Positions 18,102 through 29,584 of a stretch of 64,000 nt of DNA are shown piece after piece (positions within the stretch are counted from its first letter, which is position 1; each line of letters starts with the position of its first letter). The stretch comes from Elusimicrobiaceae bacterium (GTDB lineage Bacteria; Elusimicrobiota; Elusimicrobia; Elusimicrobiales; Elusimicrobiaceae). Location of the stretch: positions 1,267 through 65,266 of the forward strand of contig JAEELM010000040.1 in assembly GCA_016282685.1 (NCBI GenBank), read 5' to 3'. The notes below the pieces were generated by a model that saw only the letters and a program-made list of their open reading frames with translations, searched no databases and was not told where the DNA came from. Position numbers and translations under genes: made by a program.

Positions 18102-21100
18102 ATGAAAAAAATTCTAGCATTAGTCCTAAGTTTTTCTCTAATTACCGGTAGTATTACGCCAGCATTTGCTCAACGCCCTTTTCGGGGAATGATACCAGGA
18201 ACGTCTCCTCTGATTGAAAAGGGTTTGCAAACGGCCACACAAGGAGAAATTCTCCGTTTAAACTCTCTAACCCCTCAAATATACAGCACTCTATCACGCC
18301 AAATATTATCAACTGATCTTTATTCATTGCGCACAAAATTAAATTCAAATCTTACCATTTTCTCTTCCCGCCCTAAAGCACTTGCTGCACCTGCAATTTT
18401 TGCTTCAAGAGCCATGGAAACAGCAATGGTTGGGCAATTATTTGACAACGCTTTATTTTTAGGGATAAGAGGAGACCGAAGCGATTTACCTGTTTTGAAT
18501 AGATTCCATGACGCATTTAAAGAGACTCCTTTTGCAGATGCATCAGCCCTACTTCTTGGCCGTAGTATGGTAAATTATGGAGCATATGAAGAATTTAATC
18601 AATTTTTATTGCGGGAAAAGCCAACGGGAAATGTATGGGTAGATTTAAAAAATATTGCAAATCAAAATGGTGGGAATGTAACAGCTCCCGTTGTTGAACA
18701 AGGGCGTTTCGGTGTATCTCCCGATCTATCTACCAAGTTACAAGAGTATTTTGGGAAATTTAATTATTTGGGAAGTTTGAACGCGGATTTTTCTAAAGAA
18801 GGTACCGAAGTATTTTTGTTGCTTGGTAGGAATAAATCTCTTGCTCAAAGTTCCACGCAAGCCGAAAAAGCAGGTGCATCTTCTTCCGGTTCTTCCTTGG
18901 CGGAAGAATCAAGCGGACAAGAAGCTATTGAAGAAGGAAAACCGGTATTCCAACCGATTACATTGCCCGTAACACTAAATAAGCCGGTACTTGAAACTCC
19001 AGAAAACACTTCTTCCTATTCAACTCAAGTTGCCAATATTCCCAGCACACAACAGGGAAAAGCAGGAGACACATCTTCGACTCGTGACCGTTTCTTATCA
19101 TGGTTATCACCATCTTCAGATAGAAACGCTGATAAACAAGCCCGGGCTGTATTAAACAAGCCACAACCGTTAGCCACTCATTTGCGTGATATTGTAATAG
19201 GTAATGCATCCAATGCATTGAAAATTCAGGCTCTTCTAAAACTTTATGAACAAGGTTTTTTCAAAGATTTTTTGGATAAACAACCCGCGAATGTTAAAAA
19301 TAATATCAATAATGCCACCGACGAGCAACGAGGCCGTGCACTACTGCGTTTGTATCAAACTAAATATTTGGAAGAAGTACTTAACCAAATTACGGACGTG
19401 GTGGAACAAGGTTCTATTTTAGATGATTTGGAAAGTATTGTAACGCAAGCCGGATGGCAGGAAGAAGTGGAGCGTTCCTATGCAGCGGAAGACGTATTAC
19501 CGTTGAGGGAAGGTAACTTTAGCGGGGTAGTTCCTTCCGTACCGGAGGCAGATAAAGAAATCATTAAAAATGCCGTTCGTTTCCAGGGTTATGCCAAGAA
19601 GAATGCTTCTGTAGGGAAAGTAACGAAAAAAGGTGTTTATTATGAAAATAATATTCCTTTTTACTACCGTAACTCCAAAGGGGAACTTTCTAGCGAACCG
19701 GTTGGAATTTTAACGCAGGTGCCCGCTTCTCTATACGGAAGGATTTTGTCCTTTATGCATTTGGCTTCTCAACCTGGTTTGGTTATTCCGGAAGGTTTTG
19801 TATTAGCAATAGATGAAAAAGGACAATGGAAAATTGTTGCTCCAAAAGGGAATTTGGCTGCCATAGAAGCCAATCCTCAGTCTCGTAAAGTATTGGAACA
19901 AATGAATAAAGAAGGATCTGCACGGGTTCATTTGGATACTAATTACAGTCCAACCGATTTGTTAGCTATAGCCCATTTATTGGAAGTAAATCCTTCTCTT
20001 AACTTTGAATTATCTTTAAATACCCCCCACTCTCTTACTCAATTCTTAACGGCGCATGCCTTGTTTGTTGGAAATGATGCCGGGAATACGTTAACCGGTC
20101 CGTTTAAGGAGTCGTTGAAAAATGCTGCACAAGGGGTTGTAAATATGGTTACCAACCTTTTGGGTGGTGTGGGATATATGACACCGATTGCCGGCGGATA
20201 TGCTATGCCAACGATGGCACGTTGGGGAAACAAGAAAACGACCGAAGTAATTTATGGGGCAGCGGGTTTGGCATTGGCCGGATCTGTGTTTGGCTTAGGA
20301 ATGTTTGGTACAGTAAACCCTGCTACGTTACCTCTGGCTGCATTAGCAATTCCTACAGTTGCATTGGTTTTAGGGGCAAGTTTGGCCAACTCTTTCATTC
20401 CTACTTTCTTAAATTTCTATAAGGATCCGGCTGCTCGTACTGCTGCCAACTTGGATTTTAGTACCAAAAAACAAATGTCTCGTTTGGCCCTTTCCGGGAT
20501 AGTTTCCTTGGCCGCATTGGGCGGACTTAACTGGACGATTGTGGCTCCGATAGGGTTGGGATTGTTAGGAATTTCATACGCTTTGTTTAGAAATACACCT
20601 ATGTACCGTGAAAAAGGTATTGTTACAAAAGCCAAAGATCCCAACGAAGCTGCGTACATTGAAGCCTATAAAGAATTTAGAAAGAATTTACCGGAAATGC
20701 AGGCTATTAAGAGCCGTGTGAAAATGGTATATGCATCCTATGCGGCCAGTTTGATGATTTTAGGTCAAAGTGCCAACGCTGTCTTGCCAGGTGGTTGGGG
20801 ACAAGGTTTTATAACGGCCTGTATGTTGGCTACATTGGGTGTTCGTATGGCTGCTACCAAGTTGGTCAAGAAAAATATTATGACAGATGACCAATTAACC
20901 GGTTTATCGTTGCCTACGTTGGCTCTTTCCGGTGCCGCACTGGCTTTGTTGCCTTTCTCAGGGCCTCTAGCAGCTCTTACAGGGCTTGCAGGCATCTTAC
21001 ACTACATGGCCACGGCCGTTCCTGGACAATTGGATGCTGCCCGTATGCAAAATATTGTAACGGCTAAGATGCAGGAGTTGAAACAAGGCGTTTTGTCTGA

Positions 21101-22214
21101 TGAAACATTGACAGAAGCAGAAAAAGAAGCAGCTATTAAACAGTTAGAAGCAGAGGAAAAAGTATGGTCTGCTCAGGCTTCTAAAGATTATTCTCTATAT
21201 AATTCCCGTGGTTTGTGGGGTATTTTCGTAGCCGCTGCTGCTGCTTTCTTGTTCGAAGACCTTGGGCCACAGTGGACCCATGATATTTTGGAAACGATTT
21301 CAAGTGTATACGGAGAAAGTTCACATGGATTGGCGCTCGATCGCTTGCTGTTTGGCTATTCCGCTGGGGTGGCTGGATTGTTGGCCTTGAAAAATGTGAA
21401 TTTGACACGAGATGGTATCAACTTCTTCCGCAAGAAAAAACCGATTACAGCCGAAAATATTGCAAATCAGAAAATTACTCCCAAAGAGTTTTCCATTAAC
21501 AAAAATAATGCCACTATGATGTTGGGTAGTTTGACTAGCCCAAAATCAGGCGAAATAAAAGAATTGGAAAATCTGTTGATGGGTGTATACGGTATGTATT
21601 CTGAACAAAAATTAACGGATATTTTGATTCGTTTGCAACGAGTCCATAACCGCTTGGTGGCTATTTCTGAAGTGGCAGGGGCAGAAGTAGCACAACAAGC
21701 CTTCCAACGGGAAGAAAAGATGTTAATTAAATTCAGAAAAATTATGGAGTTGCCGCAAAGTGATTTCTCTGTTATGTTGCACCGCGAATTGGATAAATTC
21801 GAAAAAGCTCTATTTACTCCGGAGAAAAAATTGCGTCAAGATCCGTCTTATGTGGAAGAAAACATATATAAGTTGCCAAAAGCTTATAGTTCCTACGAGT
21901 CTGCCCGTCGTGTGTTGGACGAAATGGATCAAATGGCTTATACGTTATCTTCCGGAACGCCGATTGATTATAAGAAATTCGTAGATTATATGTTGCGTGC
22001 GCGCGAAGATCTGTTGACGTATGAAAAAGCTAACACGGCAGATTCGAAGCGTGTGAACGAATTGCGTCGCAAAATGGATAAGCTATGCGTATGGTTAAAT
22101 GAACAAGATTCTCAAAAAGGATTTTTAACCATTTTGCCTTCAGACAGTCCCAATGTAAGAGAAGGAAAACAAGCGATGCGCGATATGCTAGACGCTCCAG
22201 AGGAAGGGAACTAA
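18102..22214 (+). CDS. 1370-aa hypothetical protein: signal peptide, large soluble region, internal MFS-like 12-TM module, helical C-terminus
   Basis: MKKILALVLSFSLITGSITPAFA signal; 12 hydrophobic segments at about aa 645-1095 with an RWGNKK loop after the second segment. Confidence 0.75.
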   Translation: MKKILALVLSFSLITGSITPAFAQRPFRGMIPGTSPLIEKGLQTATQGEILRLNSLTPQIYSTLSRQILSTDLYSLRTKLNSNLTIFSSRPKALAAPAIFASRAMETAMVGQLFDNALFLGIRGDRSDLPVLNRFHDAFKETPFADASALLLGRSMVNYGAYEEFNQFLLREKPTGNVWVDLKNIANQNGGNVTAPVVEQGRFGVSPDLSTKLQEYFGKFNYLGSLNADFSKEGTEVFLLLGRNKSLAQSSTQAEKAGASSSGSSLAEESSGQEAIEEGKPVFQPITLPVTLNKPVLETPENTSSYSTQVANIPSTQQGKAGDTSSTRDRFLSWLSPSSDRNADKQARAVLNKPQPLATHLRDIVIGNASNALKIQALLKLYEQGFFKDFLDKQPANVKNNINNATDEQRGRALLRLYQTKYLEEVLNQITDVVEQGSILDDLESIVTQAGWQEEVERSYAAEDVLPLREGNFSGVVPSVPEADKEIIKNAVRFQGYAKKNASVGKVTKKGVYYENNIPFYYRNSKGELSSEPVGILTQVPASLYGRILSFMHLASQPGLVIPEGFVLAIDEKGQWKIVAPKGNLAAIEANPQSRKVLEQMNKEGSARVHLDTNYSPTDLLAIAHLLEVNPSLNFELSLNTPHSLTQFLTAHALFVGNDAGNTLTGPFKESLKNAAQGVVNMVTNLLGGVGYMTPIAGGYAMPTMARWGNKKTTEVIYGAAGLALAGSVFGLGMFGTVNPATLPLAALAIPTVALVLGASLANSFIPTFLNFYKDPAARTAANLDFSTKKQMSRLALSGIVSLAALGGLNWTIVAPIGLGLLGISYALFRNTPMYREKGIVTKAKDPNEAAYIEAYKEFRKNLPEMQAIKSRVKMVYASYAASLMILGQSANAVLPGGWGQGFITACMLATLGVRMAATKLVKKNIMTDDQLTGLSLPTLALSGAALALLPFSGPLAALTGLAGILHYMATAVPGQLDAARMQNIVTAKMQELKQGVLSDETLTEAEKEAAIKQLEAEEKVWSAQASKDYSLYNSRGLWGIFVAAAAAFLFEDLGPQWTHDILETISSVYGESSHGLALDRLLFGYSAGVAGLLALKNVNLTRDGINFFRKKKPITAENIANQKITPKEFSINKNNATMMLGSLTSPKSGEIKELENLLMGVYGMYSEQKLTDILIRLQRVHNRLVAISEVAGAEVAQQAFQREEKMLIKFRKIMELPQSDFSVMLHRELDKFEKALFTPEKKLRQDPSYVEENIYKLPKAYSSYESARRVLDEMDQMAYTLSSGTPIDYKKFVDYMLRAREDLLTYEKANTADSKRVNELRRKMDKLCVWLNEQDSQKGFLTILPSDSPNVREGKQAMRDMLDAPEEGN

Positions 22215-22234
22215 AATTCTTAGAATAGTTGAAT

Positions 22235-22267
22235 GGGGAAAGAGGGAAGACCTCTTTCCCCTTTTTT
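22235..22267 (+). terminator. Intrinsic terminator
   Basis: GGGGAAAGAGG-gaaga-CCTCTTTCCCC then TTTTTT. Confidence 0.85.
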
Positions 22268-22440
22268 ATAAAAAGTTACGAGCAAAGTTGTTTTTTTGTT
22301 ATAATAAGGGTAACTGCATTTGATGTGGTTTTTACGTAACGAAAGTGCTTTTTCTTCTTTCTATAATATAGAATTTTTAAAAAACAAAAAATGGAAAGAC
22401 GAAAAAACAATTTTGTTTTTGTTTTATAACAGGAGATATT

Positions 22441-23802
22441 ATGTTGGCTAAAATCTTAAATTGGTTTAAACCTTTGCCGGATGCTCAACCGCTAACGGAT
22501 GAACAAGAAATTAAACGTTTGTATCGTTCATGGCGTATTAAGATGTTTTTCTCCATGTATTTTGGGTATGCTCTTTTTTATTTTACCCGTAAAAACTTGG
22601 ATATTATTAAACCAGTGTTGATTAATAACGGGGTGTTTACCATAGAACAATTAGGCACCATCGGGTTTGTGATTTATTTAACGTACGGAATTGGTAAGTT
22701 TATCAGTGGTACGATTGCCGATAAATGTAATATCCGTGCAGTAATGGCTACCGGATTGTGTTCTTCTGCTATTATCAATATTCTATTTGCATTTTTACCC
22801 CAAATTCAACAAGTTTTGCCGCTATCATTAACATTTATGGCGGCTTTTTTATGGGGTTTAAACGGGGTTGCCCAATCTATGGGATTTCCTCCTGTGGCTA
22901 AAGGGTTAGTACACTGGTTTTCACCATCCGAAAGAGCTACCAAATGGACGTTGTGGTCTTCTTCGCATACCTTCGGGGCGTTCTTTGTAGCGCAACTTAT
23001 TTCCTTGTTATTATACTGGAAATGTGGCTGGCAAATGGCTTTTTTGGTACCGGCCGCTATGGGGATTGTCTATAGTATTTTTATGGTGTATTATATGACG
23101 GATATTCCCAAATCAGTGGGCTTGCCTGCTATTGAGATTTATCGTAACGATGTAATGCCTGTCAAACAAGACAAAAAAGATATGACCCAATGGCAAATTA
23201 TCAAAAGATATGTACTGGCAAACCCTTTCCTGTGGGCGTTGGCTATTTCGTACGTATTTATTTATTATGTGCGTTTCGCCACGTTAGACTGGGCAACCAC
23301 ATTCCTCAATCATCGTGGTTTTACAGAGGCTGCTGCCGCTTCCGCCGCTTCTGCCATGCCGTTTTTGGGGATGCCGGGTGGTATCGTGGCCGGTTATTTA
23401 GCCGACAAGTTTTTCAACGGACGTTGCACACAAATGAACATTATTTACTTGATTATTTTGGCTGCTAGCTGTTGGGGATTTTATAAGTTGGCTGCCCCAT
23501 CCGCTTTTTGGACGACAGCTATCTTGGCGGCCTTTATCGGTTTCTTTGTAGATGGTCCTCAAAACTTGGCTGGTGGTGTACAGGCTTCTCGTGTAACGGT
23601 ACAAAAAGCTGCCGCAGCGGCATGTGGATTTACCGGTATGTTTGGTTACTTTGGAGCTATGCTTTCCAGTAAAGGGGCTGCCTATATTAGCACACACTAT
23701 GGTTGGAAAGGTGTATATGTTTCCTGTATTTACGCGTGTATCATTGCTATGATTTGTATTGCAACAACGTGGAAAAAGGAAGCTGCTGCTCCTGCAAAAT
23801 AA
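22441..23802 (+). CDS. OPA-family MFS transporter (GlpT/UhpT/PgtP-like organophosphate:Pi antiporter)
   Basis: GYALFYFTRKN, YGIGKFISG, QSMGFPP, WSSSHTFG, FVDGPQ motifs. Confidence 0.9.
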   Translation: MLAKILNWFKPLPDAQPLTDEQEIKRLYRSWRIKMFFSMYFGYALFYFTRKNLDIIKPVLINNGVFTIEQLGTIGFVIYLTYGIGKFISGTIADKCNIRAVMATGLCSSAIINILFAFLPQIQQVLPLSLTFMAAFLWGLNGVAQSMGFPPVAKGLVHWFSPSERATKWTLWSSSHTFGAFFVAQLISLLLYWKCGWQMAFLVPAAMGIVYSIFMVYYMTDIPKSVGLPAIEIYRNDVMPVKQDKKDMTQWQIIKRYVLANPFLWALAISYVFIYYVRFATLDWATTFLNHRGFTEAAAASAASAMPFLGMPGGIVAGYLADKFFNGRCTQMNIIYLIILAASCWGFYKLAAPSAFWTTAILAAFIGFFVDGPQNLAGGVQASRVTVQKAAAAACGFTGMFGYFGAMLSSKGAAYISTHYGWKGVYVSCIYACIIAMICIATTWKKEAAAPAK

Positions 23803-23815
23803 AATATATTTCATA

Positions 23816-23848
23816 AGCCCCCCAATATCCTGTTGATATTGGGGGGCT
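23816..23848. terminator. Bidirectional terminator
   Basis: AGCCCCCCAATATC-ctgtt-GATATTGGGGGGCT between convergent genes. Confidence 0.85.
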
Positions 23849-23875
23849 ATTTATTTGTGTTAGAATTGCTTTTCT

Positions 23876-25297
23876 TTATATTTTCAACACATAGAGAAGA
23901 TTCGTGCTGCCTTTTTGTCCAAACGGAATCCCTGCGGTAACAACGACGTTATCGCCGGTTTTGGCTAAGCCGGTCTCACATACTGCTTTTCGTGCTTCTG
24001 TGGAGATATCATCAAAAGTGTGTAAATTTTCAATCACAATGGGTGTTACTCCCCAGGCCAAGGTTAAATGGCGTGCTGTGGTAATGTTAGGGGTTAAAGC
24101 TAAAATGGGAATTTGTGCCGTGCGTTGTTGAGCTGCCCGTAATGTAGTAGAACCAGATTCGGTAAAGGTAACAATTACGTTGGCTGTATCCATATTGGCG
24201 GCTACTGTACTGGCACCGATAGTAATAGCTTTTTCTTTTGTAGTAGAGGCCGAATGCTCAAAAACGGTTAAACCTTTCTGATAACGGGGATCATTTTCTA
24301 CGGTTTGGATAATGCGTTTCATGGTCATTACGGCCTCTATTGGGTATTTTCCTTGAGCAGTTTCAGCTGAAAGCATTACGGCATCTACCCCGTCATATAC
24401 GGCGGTGGCAACATCTGAAGCTTCTGCTCTAGTTGGAGTAGCATTGTGTACCATAGATTCCAACATTTGGGTAGCTACAATAACCGGTTTTCCGGCTCTC
24501 CGTCCGCCAGATACGATTTGCTTTTGCAGGACAGGAACTTTTTCAGGACTTGTTTCTACTCCTAAATCTCCCCTGGCAACCATGACAGCATCCGCCAAAT
24601 CAATAATTTCCCGTAAATGCTCTAATGCAGAGGGTTTTTCTATTTTTGCTACGATCTGAGCATTGGATTTCATTAATTGGCGTAACTCTACGATATCTTC
24701 GGGAGATTGTACGAAAGATAGACCAATAAAATCAGCCCCTAATTGTTCGGCAATTTTTAGATCGGCTTTGTCTTTGGCTGTTAAAGCGGAAATAGGTAAT
24801 TTCACTCCTGGGACATTGACTCCTTTTTTATCCGAGAGTTCCCCCCCCGTCAATATGGTGCACTGCGCTTCTTTGGAAGAACAGGATTCTACCCGTAAAC
24901 GAATAATTCCGTCATTGAGCAATAATTCTAAACCCGGTTTAAGTACATTAAAAATTTCCGGATGTGGTAAACAGACACGGGTTTCATCTCCTGGAGTAGG
25001 AAGTAAATCTAAGGTGAAAAGATTCCCCTCTTTTAAATTTATTTTTTCTTTCTTAAAAGTACCAATTCTCAATTTGGGGCCTTGCAAATCAAATAAAATC
25101 CCCAAAGAGAGATTATATTTTTGTTCCATACTACGGATATTGGTAACTCTTTGCTGATATTCGGCTAAAGAGCCATGGCTACAATTACAACGGAAAATAG
25201 AAACCCCGGCTTTTACCAGTTTTTCAATCGATTTCTTGTCAGAAGTATGGGGGCCGATAGTAGCAATAATTTTGCAAAAATTATGATGTAATTTCAT
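23876..25297 (-). CDS. pyk: Pyruvate kinase
   Basis: KIIATIGP, FRCNCSHG, DLQGPKLR, VAKIE, MVARGDLGVE, ATQMLESM, PTRAEASDV, MLSAETA. Confidence 0.97.
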   Translation of the reverse strand: MKLHHNFCKIIATIGPHTSDKKSIEKLVKAGVSIFRCNCSHGSLAEYQQRVTNIRSMEQKYNLSLGILFDLQGPKLRIGTFKKEKINLKEGNLFTLDLLPTPGDETRVCLPHPEIFNVLKPGLELLLNDGIIRLRVESCSSKEAQCTILTGGELSDKKGVNVPGVKLPISALTAKDKADLKIAEQLGADFIGLSFVQSPEDIVELRQLMKSNAQIVAKIEKPSALEHLREIIDLADAVMVARGDLGVETSPEKVPVLQKQIVSGGRRAGKPVIVATQMLESMVHNATPTRAEASDVATAVYDGVDAVMLSAETAQGKYPIEAVMTMKRIIQTVENDPRYQKGLTVFEHSASTTKEKAITIGASTVAANMDTANVIVTFTESGSTTLRAAQQRTAQIPILALTPNITTARHLTLAWGVTPIVIENLHTFDDISTEARKAVCETGLAKTGDNVVVTAGIPFGQKGSTNLLYVLKI

Positions 25298-25455
25298 AGA
25301 GAATATCCTTAAATTTTCAAATTTGTCTGTATATTCTATTATTTTTCAAAGCCTTCTGTATAGTCGTCTTGAAAAACATTTCCCAAATCCGCTACAATAT
25401 AAGCGAGAAAATTAGGGACGACCTAACTTCTTGTTTTGAATATAAAGGAGTTTTT

Positions 25456-26325
25456 ATGCGAAAAATAATGATAACTATGATGTTGTTGGTTGTAATGCTT
25501 CCTGTATTTGCGCAAGAAGCCAAACAAGGCTGGCAAGTAGAGCTTAAAAAATTAGCATTTGATTTAACTTCAACAGAAGTGAAAAATGCCGAAAAATACC
25601 AAGGATTTGCTGATGCTCGGCTGACGTCAGATTCTCAAACATCCGTACGAGGCAGTTGGGATTCTGTGGCTGACTACTATGCTGAACATTATTTGTGGAA
25701 TAACGAATTAACCATGGACTACGGGCGTACGAAAATCCGTCCGGTAGATGGAGATACCCTTACCAATGAAAATGCTGATAAAATCCTTTTTACGACAGGT
25801 TATACCCAACGGTTGTGGAAAGTAGAAGATACTTTAGGTGGATTTGAAATGGGGCCATTTGCCAATTTGGGGTATGAAACAGAGTTTACCAAAGCCAATG
25901 AAGCCCCCCGTCGCCGTGTTTTGCGCGGTAAAGCTGGTTGGAAACTGTTTGAAGGAAAATATTTGAAGGAGTTGTATGCGGCAATTGTGGGAGAGCGCGA
26001 TTTTACGTATCATCCTTATTCCACCAATTTGGCATGGGAAGCAGGCGTAAAAACGGAAATTCCGGTGCGGGAAGGTGTAATATTTAAAGCCGGAGCACTA
26101 TTTCGTGATTATTTGGATTATTCCGCAACTCCTACTCCCAACACTAATATTGATTGGGAATTTGAAGCAGATGCTCGGTTAGATGTGCAACTCTACAAAA
26201 ACTTGTTTGTAGCACCGTTTGTAAGTTACTACACGGCACAGGCTGATGCATTTGGCGCGCGTGGTGAAAATATATATATTGGGGTATCTTTCTCTTTTAA
26301 TCATGTTTTTCACGCAGCTAAATAG
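25456..26325 (+). CDS. Outer-membrane beta-barrel protein, DUF3078-like
   Basis: Signal peptide, alternating aromatic beta-strands, GGAG RBS before ATG 25456. Confidence 0.6.
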   Translation: MRKIMITMMLLVVMLPVFAQEAKQGWQVELKKLAFDLTSTEVKNAEKYQGFADARLTSDSQTSVRGSWDSVADYYAEHYLWNNELTMDYGRTKIRPVDGDTLTNENADKILFTTGYTQRLWKVEDTLGGFEMGPFANLGYETEFTKANEAPRRRVLRGKAGWKLFEGKYLKELYAAIVGERDFTYHPYSTNLAWEAGVKTEIPVREGVIFKAGALFRDYLDYSATPTPNTNIDWEFEADARLDVQLYKNLFVAPFVSYYTAQADAFGARGENIYIGVSFSFNHVFHAAK

Positions 26326-26346
26326 ATGAGTATTATTTAGATCAAA

Positions 26347-26379
26347 AAAATACCCCAAAACAATGTTTTGGGGTATTTT
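26347..26379. terminator. Bidirectional terminator
   Basis: AAAATACCCCAAAACA-a-TGTTTTGGGGTATTTT. Confidence 0.75.
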
Positions 26380-26382
26380 CAA

Positions 26383-26739
26383 TTATTTGGACCGGCTATA
26401 GTAAGATATTGTCCCATCAAAGGCTGTAAGTACTAACATAGAATCATTTAAAGTGGTGATTGTATAGTAATCAGTCGTCATTACCATAGATCCTGCCGAT
26501 AAATCTTTTCCGGAAAGTACCAAAATATTGTTTTCTGAAATGCGCCAGAGGGTATATTTCTGTTGGTTGGATCGAATAGTAATAACTTTCCCATGTTTTT
26601 TAAATTCAAAACCACGGGTTTCAGTTGGACTGTTGGGGATGGGTTGAAGCCAGGTTCCCAACAGCTGTTTGTTAGGAGAATTGGCGCATCCTCCTACAAA
26701 AAATAATGCGCAAGAGCAAATAAGTAGAAGTTTTTTCAT
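26383..26739 (-). CDS. Lipocalin-like lipoprotein
   Basis: Lipobox-like VGGC, LLGTW first strand, GFEF..G, LNDSMLVL. Confidence 0.7.
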   Translation of the reverse strand: MKKLLLICSCALFFVGGCANSPNKQLLGTWLQPIPNSPTETRGFEFKKHGKVITIRSNQQKYTLWRISENNILVLSGKDLSAGSMVMTTDYYTITTLNDSMLVLTAFDGTISYYSRSK

Positions 26740-26848
26740 AGTGTTACCCTCAATTTAGAGTGGTTGGTCAAGCTCCTACTTCCTCTTACTAACAGTTTAA
26801 TGGAAAATCAAGAAAAATCAAGGGAAATTTTTAGGATGAATGTCAGCA

Positions 26849-26876
26849 AAAAAGCCCCGCCTGAGCGGGGCTTTTT
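26849..26876. terminator. Terminator of gap
   Basis: AAAAAGCCCCGC-ctga-GCGGGGCTTTTT. Confidence 0.88.
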
Positions 26877-26889
26877 GTCAGGTGTAAAC

Positions 26890-28468
<1,579 letters not shown>

Positions 28469-28531
28469 AATTCCCTCCTCTATCTTGGGGATATAGTGTA
28501 GCAAAAAAAAGAAGTTTTGTCAGCGAAAAAA

Positions 28532-29584
28532 TTATGCAAGTAGTGTATGGACTGCCTTGATGAGGGGTTGAGTGTCAAATTGAGAAAAATCTTCTTTCGT
28601 TAAAAATATTTTAGAAGGGATATTTTGTGGTGCCCATGAATATGCTTCTGGTGTATCTTTATAGAGAGCTACAAGTGGTTTTTGTAGTGCTACCGCTGCA
28701 TGAACGTACATAGTATCGGGCGTGATGAGCAGTAGGCTTTGTTTTAGTGCGGATAAATTGTGGTATAGTCCGAACGAAGATGGCAAAATAATAAGATTAG
28801 ACGGTTTGTTTTTTCCGTTGATAAACGCATAAATTTGTGTGGATTTTCCTAGGAGTACAAAATTGTAGCTTGGAAAAGATGTTGCTATGGCGCATACTTG
28901 CTCCCAGGAAAAACTACGGTGTTTGCTGGCCGCAAAAACATTGAGCGCAATAAAGGGCTTGTAGGAAGATAAAAATTGCTCGGTTTCACGGGATTCTTTT
29001 TCGGGAAAGAACAAATCATAATGAGTATTTGTAAGATCTAGTCCTAATGTGCTTAATAATTTTGCATACCATTGTGTCACGTGGAATGCATCAAAATCAA
29101 GTGGAACGGAAACGTTATAAAGTTTTACTCCCTCCCGGTTGAACCCGAAAGCAAATTTAGGATGCAACAGGCGCAAAAGTAAAAGTGTGGCAGCAGAATT
29201 TTTGCGGTCAAAATCTACAAATAAATCAAAATTTTCTTTGGCGAGTTGTTGCCCTAGCTGAAACATTTGCCAAAGCTTGTTTTCGCCTATGTAAATGTGG
29301 CTGACATAAGGGTTGTGCACGAGTAGTTGGGCACTTGTCGGCCCGGCAATGACGGAGATTTTTGCCTGTGGCAATTGTCTTTTAAGTTCCCGAATTACGA
29401 CGGAGGTGACAATCATATCTCCTAGTTTGTTGTCATTGCGCAAAATAAGAATTTTGCGGAGATCTTGTACTTCTTTTTGAGAAAAAACGTGTGGGTTCTT
29501 TTGATCCAATAATGCGAGGGCTATGCGCCGTTTTTGTTCGCGCAGCCACAGATTTTTTTGACGATTCCACTCGTGAAAATTCAT
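28532..29584 (-). CDS. GT9-family LPS glycosyltransferase
   Basis: ILILRNDNKLGDMIV, ITPDTMYVHAA. Confidence 0.85.
   Translation of the reverse strand: MNFHEWNRQKNLWLREQKRRIALALLDQKNPHVFSQKEVQDLRKILILRNDNKLGDMIVTSVVIRELKRQLPQAKISVIAGPTSAQLLVHNPYVSHIYIGENKLWQMFQLGQQLAKENFDLFVDFDRKNSAATLLLLRLLHPKFAFGFNREGVKLYNVSVPLDFDAFHVTQWYAKLLSTLGLDLTNTHYDLFFPEKESRETEQFLSSYKPFIALNVFAASKHRSFSWEQVCAIATSFPSYNFVLLGKSTQIYAFINGKNKPSNLIILPSSFGLYHNLSALKQSLLLITPDTMYVHAAVALQKPLVALYKDTPEAYSWAPQNIPSKIFLTKEDFSQFDTQPLIKAVHTLLA

Noticed and set aside
22280-22440. Long leader upstream of the OPA transporter as a possible riboswitch or sRNA
   Set aside because: No recognisable riboswitch consensus or stable structure seen; mostly A/T runs.
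25412-25427. TTAGG-gacga-CCTAA palindrome in the leader of the barrel gene
   Set aside because: Only 5-bp arms, spacing differs from the operator motif, no second copy.
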